From: an uncultured Alphaproteobacteria bacterium
GTDB lineage: Bacteria; Pseudomonadota; Alphaproteobacteria; SHVP01
Direction: 5' to 3'
Length of the DNA stretch: 51,378 nucleotides
Assembly: GCA_938023835.1 (NCBI GenBank)
Contig: CALJDF010000021.1
Span: forward strand, 1-51,378
Shown here: piece after piece, positions 44,482 to 51,378 of the stretch
Numbering within the stretch: position 1 is the first letter of the stretch
How the letters are laid out: every line of letters begins with the position of its first letter
The notes under the pieces: generated by a model
The model's input: the letters and a program-made list of their open reading frames with translations, nothing else
Told to the model about the DNA's origin: nothing
Databases searched by the model: none
Program-made: the position numbers and the translations under genes

Positions 44482-45663
44482 TTAGTGCGATTTGCGGGCG
44501 GAAAAAAACAACCACAATCCGGGCCCGCGGACCTCGATGCCGTTGGGTCCCAGGGCGCAGCCCGGACCCATATCCTGGTGCACGCCAGCGGCCCGAAAGC
44601 CCGCCCCGGTGGCGAGGCCGGTCAGGTCCATATCGCGGAAGCCGCACCGGAAGGGTTCGTTGTTGAACCGGGTATCCCACTCGCGAAGGAACTGCTCGGC
44701 GGCCGGTTGGCCGTGATATTGCGGCTGTTCGGCATGGACCATGACGCCGCCCGGTTTGAGGATGCGGTGGATTTCCTTGGCCATCCGCTTCATCGCTTTT
44801 TGCGGCATTTCGTGAAGCACCATCGCGCTGGTCACGACATCGAAATGATTGTCGGGAAAATCGGTCGCCTCGGCGTTTTGCTGCGAGAAATGCACGCCGA
44901 CGTCGAGCGAGTCGGCGCGCATCTTACCGAACCGCACCTGCGGCGCGCAGACATCGATGGCATGGACTTCGGCCTTGGTGAAGTGCTGCGCCAACGGCAA
45001 CGTCGAATGCCCCACGGTACAGCCGATATCGAGAATGCGTTTGGGGTTGATGTCGGGGAACTCGGTGGTCAGCCAGTTGACCATCGACCAGCCCGCGGCG
45101 TCGTTCCATTTGCCGAACTCGCCGCCGGTGGCGAGATAGAGACTGGCGGTGTCGTACATCGCGCCGGCGTAGAGGTCTTCGCCGTCGCTGGCATTGTAGC
45201 CGCCCGGCTGACAGTGGATGTCGATCGCGGTGACGTAGCGCGGCACCTTGAGGTCGGGGTTCAGCCGGAGCGTCGATTTGCCGCGACCGTTGGCTTTGGC
45301 GGCGCGCGCCTCAAGCGCGTCGAATTCTTGCGCCAGGACTTGGCTGCGCGCGGCGTAGGACAGTTCTTGATTGCCGCGTTTGAGCGCGCTCCACATTTGC
45401 CAATAGGGGTCGGCGTACATTGCCTCGCGTACTTCGGCCCGGGTCTTGGGCGGGCCGCCATGCCGCTTGTGGTAGCGCGGCGCGACCCGTTCATCGTAGG
45501 CCCGCTTGTTGCCGGGATAGATGTCCTGGGCGACGTGAAAATAGGACGTCATGACGAAATCGAAGCGGGCGAAGTCGTCGTGGCTCATGGCCGGGCTCAG
45601 CGCATGTTGCCCTTCGTGCCGGACGGAAGGGGGACGTTTACGGCCACCGCGTTCTGGATGCAT
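44482..45663 (-). CDS. Class I SAM-dependent methyltransferase with uncharacterised N-terminal domain (paralogue B)
   Basis: Motif I ILDIGCTVGHSTL, then FPDNHFDVVTSAMVLHE and HRILKPGGVMVHAEQP. Alignable with paralogue A over its whole length. GGAG lies 6 nt before the ATG at 45663. Confidence 0.8.
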   Translation of the reverse strand: MHPERGGRKRPPSVRHEGQHALSPAMSHDDFARFDFVMTSYFHVAQDIYPGNKRAYDERVAPRYHKRHGGPPKTRAEVREAMYADPYWQMWSALKRGNQELSYAARSQVLAQEFDALEARAAKANGRGKSTLRLNPDLKVPRYVTAIDIHCQPGGYNASDGEDLYAGAMYDTASLYLATGGEFGKWNDAAGWSMVNWLTTEFPDINPKRILDIGCTVGHSTLPLAQHFTKAEVHAIDVCAPQVRFGKMRADSLDVGVHFSQQNAEATDFPDNHFDVVTSAMVLHEMPQKAMKRMAKEIHRILKPGGVMVHAEQPQYHGQPAAEQFLREWDTRFNNEPFRCGFRDMDLTGLATGAGFRAAGVHQDMGPGCALGPNGIEVRGPGLWLFFSARKSH

Positions 45664-45739
45664 CGCGGGCTCCTGATGTTGCCTTCATAGTGTAGCGGTT
45701 TTCGGGGGATCGTCCTGTCTGCCGCTCAGGGCACGGCGG

Positions 45740-46873
45740 CTACTCTTTGAGGTCGGCCCAGAGCTCTTTGACCTTGGAGAAAAAGCCTTCGGATTCGGGG
45801 CTGTGCGATTTGCTGCCGCCGGCGTCTTCGAATTCCTTGAGTAGTTCTTTTTGTTTTTTGGACAGATTGACCGGCGTTTCGACGACCGCTTGGATGAACA
45901 GATCGCCCTTGCCGTTGCCGCGCACCGCGGGCATGCCTTTGGCGCGCATGCGGAACTGCTTTCCGCTTTGCGTGCCGGCCGGCATCGTCAGGCGTGCGCG
46001 GGTGCCGTCCAACGTCGGCACCTCGACGTGGCCGCCCAACGCGGCGGTCGTCATGCTGATGGGGACGGCGCAAAATACGTTGAGGCCTTCGCGCTCGAAG
46101 AACTGGTGGGGCGTGACCGACAGAAAGATGTAGAGATCGCCGGGCGGGCCGCCGCGTAAGCCGGCTTCGCCTTCGCCCGAGAGGCGGATACGGGTGCCGT
46201 CCTCGACGCCGCGCGGGATGTTGACGGCGAGCGATTTCTCGCGCCGCACGCGGCCCGAGCCGCCACACGGCTTGCACGGGTTTTCGATGACATGGCCCAT
46301 GCCCTGGCAGGTTGGGCAGGTTCGTTCGATCGTGAAAAAGCCCTGTTGGGCGCGCACCTTGCCGTGGCCGCGGCACATGCCGCAGGTGGTGGGCTGCGCA
46401 TCGCCTTCGCTGCCCGAGCCGTGGCAGGCATCGCAGGCGACCGATGTCGGCACACGGATAGTCGCCTTTTTGCCGTGGTAGGTCTCTTCGAGCGTGATTT
46501 CCATGTTGTAGCGCATGTCGGCGCCGCGGGTTTGGCTGTGCCGCCGACCGCCACCACCGAAATCGCCGAAAAGATCTTCGAAGATGTCGGAGAAACTCGA
46601 CGCGAAGTCGAACGCGCTCGATCCACCGCTACGCCCCATGCCGCCGTTTTCGAACGCCGCATGGCCGAACTGGTCGTAGGCTGCGCGTTTCTGATCGTCG
46701 CGCAGCACATCGTAGGCCTCGGAGAGTTCTTTGAATTTGGCCTCAGCTTCGGGGTTATCCGGATTGCGGTCCGGATGGTATTGCATCGCAAGTTTGCGAT
46801 AGGCCTTTTTGATATCGGCGTCGGATGCCTTGCGGTCGACGCCAAGCGCCTCGTAGTAATCCTGCTTTGTCAT
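45740..46873 (-). CDS. dnaJ: Molecular chaperone DnaJ
   Basis: J-domain DYYEALGV...YHPDRN. Four CxxCxGxG repeats: [24 protein letters not shown] and CKPCGGSG. Confidence 0.98.
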   Translation of the reverse strand: MTKQDYYEALGVDRKASDADIKKAYRKLAMQYHPDRNPDNPEAEAKFKELSEAYDVLRDDQKRAAYDQFGHAAFENGGMGRSGGSSAFDFASSFSDIFEDLFGDFGGGGRRHSQTRGADMRYNMEITLEETYHGKKATIRVPTSVACDACHGSGSEGDAQPTTCGMCRGHGKVRAQQGFFTIERTCPTCQGMGHVIENPCKPCGGSGRVRREKSLAVNIPRGVEDGTRIRLSGEGEAGLRGGPPGDLYIFLSVTPHQFFEREGLNVFCAVPISMTTAALGGHVEVPTLDGTRARLTMPAGTQSGKQFRMRAKGMPAVRGNGKGDLFIQAVVETPVNLSKKQKELLKEFEDAGGSKSHSPESEGFFSKVKELWADLKE

Positions 46874-46911
46874 CTCGGCGGTCGCATTGCTGTTTTTCCC
46901 CCAAAACGCAG

Positions 46912-46951
46912 TTCCGCCCCGCGCGCAAGATCGTTACGGCACGGGGCGGAA
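46912..46951 (-). terminator. Intercistronic hairpin between dnaK and dnaJ (possible partial terminator)
   Basis: 10-bp stem TTCCGCCCCG/CGGGGCGGAA with a 20-nt loop. On the mRNA strand it is followed by CTGCGTTTTGG. Confidence 0.35.
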
Positions 46952-46984
46952 GAGCGTTTCATCGTCTTACCGACGAGGTTCGGT

Positions 46985-48910
<1,926 letters not shown>

Positions 48911-49005
48911 GTTCTTCACTCCTATTCGGCGAATCCGCCTTTGGGCCCCAATTCGGCAGCCCGGGTGTGGATTCCCTGCGGGAATATCCGCTAAGGCCGA
49001 GGGTT

Positions 49006-49033
49006 ATATAGGCTCCGAATCCGGCCCGACAAG
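49006..49033 (-). promoter_or_regulatory. Sigma32 (RpoH)-type promoter upstream of dnaK: CTTG-N17-CCTATAT
   Basis: On the minus strand, CTTG at 49033-49030, a 17-nt spacer, and CCTATAT at 49012-49006. This matches the alphaproteobacterial heat-shock promoter pattern and lies about 95 nt upstream of the dnaK ATG. Confidence 0.6.
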
Positions 49034-49096
49034 CGCCCTGGGGCCGGTTTGACGACAAATAAGGGCTCCAAAGAGCCGAAATTAATGATTCGAGGG

Positions 49097-50065
49097 CTAG
49101 GTCGCCCGTCCCGTGTGCCTGGCGTGATACCGGGTCTCGATCGCGTCCCAGATTTCGGCCTCCAGCGAGACCCCGTTGAAGCGGTTGGTCTCTTGGATTC
49201 CGGTGGGCGAGGTGACGTTGATCTCGGTGAGGTACTTGCCGCCGATGACGTCGATGCCGACGAAAATCAGGCCGCGCTCCTGCAGCGCCGGGCCGATCGC
49301 CTCGCAAATTTCCATCTCCGCCGGGGTAATGTCGGTCTTCAGGGGCTTGCCGCCGACATGCATATTGGCCCTGATCTCGCCCTGCGCCGGCACCCGGTTG
49401 ATCGCGCCGGCGGCCCGGCCATCGACCAAGATGATGCGTTTGTCGCCCTCGCGCACCTCGGGCAGGTAGCGCTGCACGATCACGGGCTCGCGAAACATTT
49501 CGGTGAACATTTCCATCAGCGAGGAGAGGTTCTCGTCGTCCGGCTTGAGTCGGAAGACGCCGGCCCCGCCGTTGCCGAAGAGCGGCTTGACGATGATGTC
49601 TTTATGCTTGGCGCGAAAATCCTTGATCTCGTCCATGTCCGAGGTGATCAGGGTCGGCGGCATGACGCCCGGAAAATGCGTGACGAATAGTTTTTCCGGC
49701 GCGTTGCGCACATGGACGGGATCGTTCACCACCAAGGTATCTGGGTGGACGTGTTCGAGAATGTGCGTCGCGGTGATGTAGGACATGTCGAACGGCGGGT
49801 CTTGGCGCATCAGCACGACATCGAGGGTGGCGAGGTCGATTACCTCCGGGGCGCCGAGGCTGTGGTGGTTGCCCTTTTCGTTGCGCACCGTGAGCGGCTG
49901 GGCGCGCGCGAAGGCGCGGCCTTCGCGCAAAAACAGATCGCGGGGCAAGTAGTGAAAGAGGCCATGACCGCGGGCTTGCGCCTCGAGCGCCAAGACGAAG
50001 GTCGAGTCGGCGCCGATGTCGACACCGGCGATGTGATCCATTTGGATGGCGACAGCGAGGCTCAT
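49097..50065 (-). CDS. gshB: Glutathione synthetase (ATP-grasp)
   Basis: FMRQDPPFD-like [32 protein letters not shown] and [16 protein letters not shown]. Confidence 0.95.
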   Translation of the reverse strand: MSLAVAIQMDHIAGVDIGADSTFVLALEAQARGHGLFHYLPRDLFLREGRAFARAQPLTVRNEKGNHHSLGAPEVIDLATLDVVLMRQDPPFDMSYITATHILEHVHPDTLVVNDPVHVRNAPEKLFVTHFPGVMPPTLITSDMDEIKDFRAKHKDIIVKPLFGNGGAGVFRLKPDDENLSSLMEMFTEMFREPVIVQRYLPEVREGDKRIILVDGRAAGAINRVPAQGEIRANMHVGGKPLKTDITPAEMEICEAIGPALQERGLIFVGIDVIGGKYLTEINVTSPTGIQETNRFNGVSLEAEIWDAIETRYHARHTGRAT

Positions 50066-50096
50066 ATCAATCCACGAAAAAGGGCAGCAGGCGCGG

Positions 50097-50924
50097 TCAG
50101 TTCAGACGCGATTTGATCTTTCGTACCAGCATTGCCGCGTCGTTGCGCTGGTCTTCGCCATCGGCCATGCCTTGATAGCGTTCGGCGGAGACTACCGCGT
50201 CTTTCACTCGTCCGCAGGCGACCTGAAGAACCCCAAGTTCGCGCCACAACCCGGCCTCGCCCGGCGCGAACAGCAACATGCGTTCGATCAGTTCGGCGGC
50301 GCGATCAAACCGCTGCTGCTGGACGGCGCGGGATTTCATGTTGTTTTGCAGCCGCAACAGGACCGCCCGTTTGCTGACGGGCTTATAATGCGCGGGTTGC
50401 AAGTCGGCATCGTTGTCAAAGGACTTCAGCAATTCGCGCATCTGGAGCGGCGTCACAACGGAACCGCCGTTGAACGGGTCGAGCACGACGCGCTCATTAC
50501 GGTGATCGAGGCGCACCAGGAAGTGGTAGGGAAACGATAGGCCCGTCACCGACCAACCGGCGCTTTCGGCGGCGTGGATCAGAAGAATGGCCAAGCTGAC
50601 CGGCAAGCCCATGCGGCGGTCGATGACGCGAATGAGGTTGGCGTTTTGATCGTCATCGTAGGTTTGCGCGTCGCCACGATAGCCGTGGGTCTGCAGGAGG
50701 TTTTGCAGGGCGTCGGTCTTGCCGACCAAGTCGTTCGACGAAGACGCGAGGGCCGCGCCCAATGCGTCGAGATGATCCTCGTAGCGCGCGAGCGCGACCT
50801 GAGGCCGGTCCAAGGCCCCGAGCCAAAGCGCGCCACGACCGAGGTCAATGGCGTCGTCGTCGATCGCGCCGAGGGCGGCAAGGCGATCGTGCAGAACGTG
50901 CGGCTCAAGCGCCGTTTCGCTCAC
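50097..50924 (-). CDS. SirB1-like protein (transglutaminase-like N domain plus TPR-like C domain, UPF0162)
   Basis: [31 protein letters not shown] and FPYHFLVRL, then a helical repeat C-terminus. GTG start overlaps the upstream stop (GTGA). Confidence 0.72.
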   Translation of the reverse strand: MSETALEPHVLHDRLAALGAIDDDAIDLGRGALWLGALDRPQVALARYEDHLDALGAALASSSNDLVGKTDALQNLLQTHGYRGDAQTYDDDQNANLIRVIDRRMGLPVSLAILLIHAAESAGWSVTGLSFPYHFLVRLDHRNERVVLDPFNGGSVVTPLQMRELLKSFDNDADLQPAHYKPVSKRAVLLRLQNNMKSRAVQQQRFDRAAELIERMLLFAPGEAGLWRELGVLQVACGRVKDAVVSAERYQGMADGEDQRNDAAMLVRKIKSRLN

Positions 50925-51378
50925 GAACCGCGCCTTGGATCGTCCTTGAGCACGACAAAACTGACGACCCGTTCGACGCCCTTGATATTGCTGGCGTGGC
51001 CGGTGACGCGCTCAAGCTCGGGTTGGTCTTGCGCCACGCCCATCAAGAAGATCACGCCATTCACGGTTTCGACGGAGTAGTTCACGGCCGAGATTTCTTT
51101 GTCGGTCAGAAGTTTAAAGCGCAACTCGTTGGCGATCCGAACGTCTTTGAAGTAGTCGATCAGGCCGCCGCGATCGCGCACCTCGACTTCGTTGAACACT
51201 TCTTTGACGCCGTCGACTTGCCACGTCATGCGCGCCACATCGACGCGCTCATCGGGTGTATCGACCGTGCCGCTGAGCAACACGCGTCCCTCGACCGAAT
51301 CGACACTGACGCGCGTGAACAGTTTGTCGCTCAGTTCGATGAACTTGTCTTTGATTTTGAATTCGATCGTGGCGTCGT
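50921..51378 (-). CDS. BON domain protein (OsmY-like), 5' end outside window
   Basis: The frame stays open to the window edge. Two BON-like units: FKIKDKFIELSDKLFTRVSVDSVEGRVLLSGTV and ELRFKLLTDKEISAVNYSVETVNGVIFLMGVA. Confidence 0.8.
   Translation of the reverse strand, partial: DATIEFKIKDKFIELSDKLFTRVSVDSVEGRVLLSGTVDTPDERVDVARMTWQVDGVKEVFNEVEVRDRGGLIDYFKDVRIANELRFKLLTDKEISAVNYSVETVNGVIFLMGVAQDQPELERVTGHASNIKGVERVVSFVVLKDDPRRGS

Overview
GC-rich chromosomal segment with alphaproteobacterial gene content and order. It is almost entirely core or housekeeping DNA. I call about 62 CDS (one is a low-confidence small ORF) plus one nonsense-interrupted gene, and I found no rRNA, tRNA, CRISPR array, IS element or prophage.

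Gene content, left to right:
- Four paralogous quinone oxidoreductases interleaved with a GNAT and an MFS gene.
- A same-strand LysR-nhaA-BacNav (voltage-gated Na+ channel) string.
- Small redox/thiol genes: YqjG-type GST, ArsC-family, and TetR plus an SRPBCC gene interrupted by a stop codon.
- rho and hemJ-hemH-hemE (minus strand), then a roughly 400-bp non-coding gap.
- DUF299 kinase-maf-aroE-coaE-dnaQ (plus strand), secB, fxsA, Tim44-like, mltA, smr, hslVU.
- A his operon (hisB-H-A-F-E) interrupted by non-his genes, then HIT and GST.
- A membrane/2Fe-2S/class III nucleotidyl cyclase, adenosine kinase, nth, an Ada-like gene, cspA, dapB.
- Two paralogous SAM methyltransferases flanking a CBS protein, then dnaKJ, gshB and a partial BON-domain gene.

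Best-supported non-trivial observation: the hemE/DUF299 gap looks like the chromosomal replication origin (Caulobacter-type synteny, three TTATCCC DnaA-like boxes, an AT-rich patch, and a strand switch of flanking genes).

Other items worth a second look:
- The nhaA-BacNav coupling.
- The fourfold Qor expansion.
- The Fe-S cyclase.
- An AraC-alkyltransferase fusion whose active-site Cys is Tyr.
- The uncharacterised methyltransferase pair.

I see no convincing defence island or mobile novel system. The many long Arg/Pro/Gly-rich ORFs antisense to recognised genes are high-GC shadow ORFs. All functional calls rest on motif recognition in the supplied translations; no database search was run.
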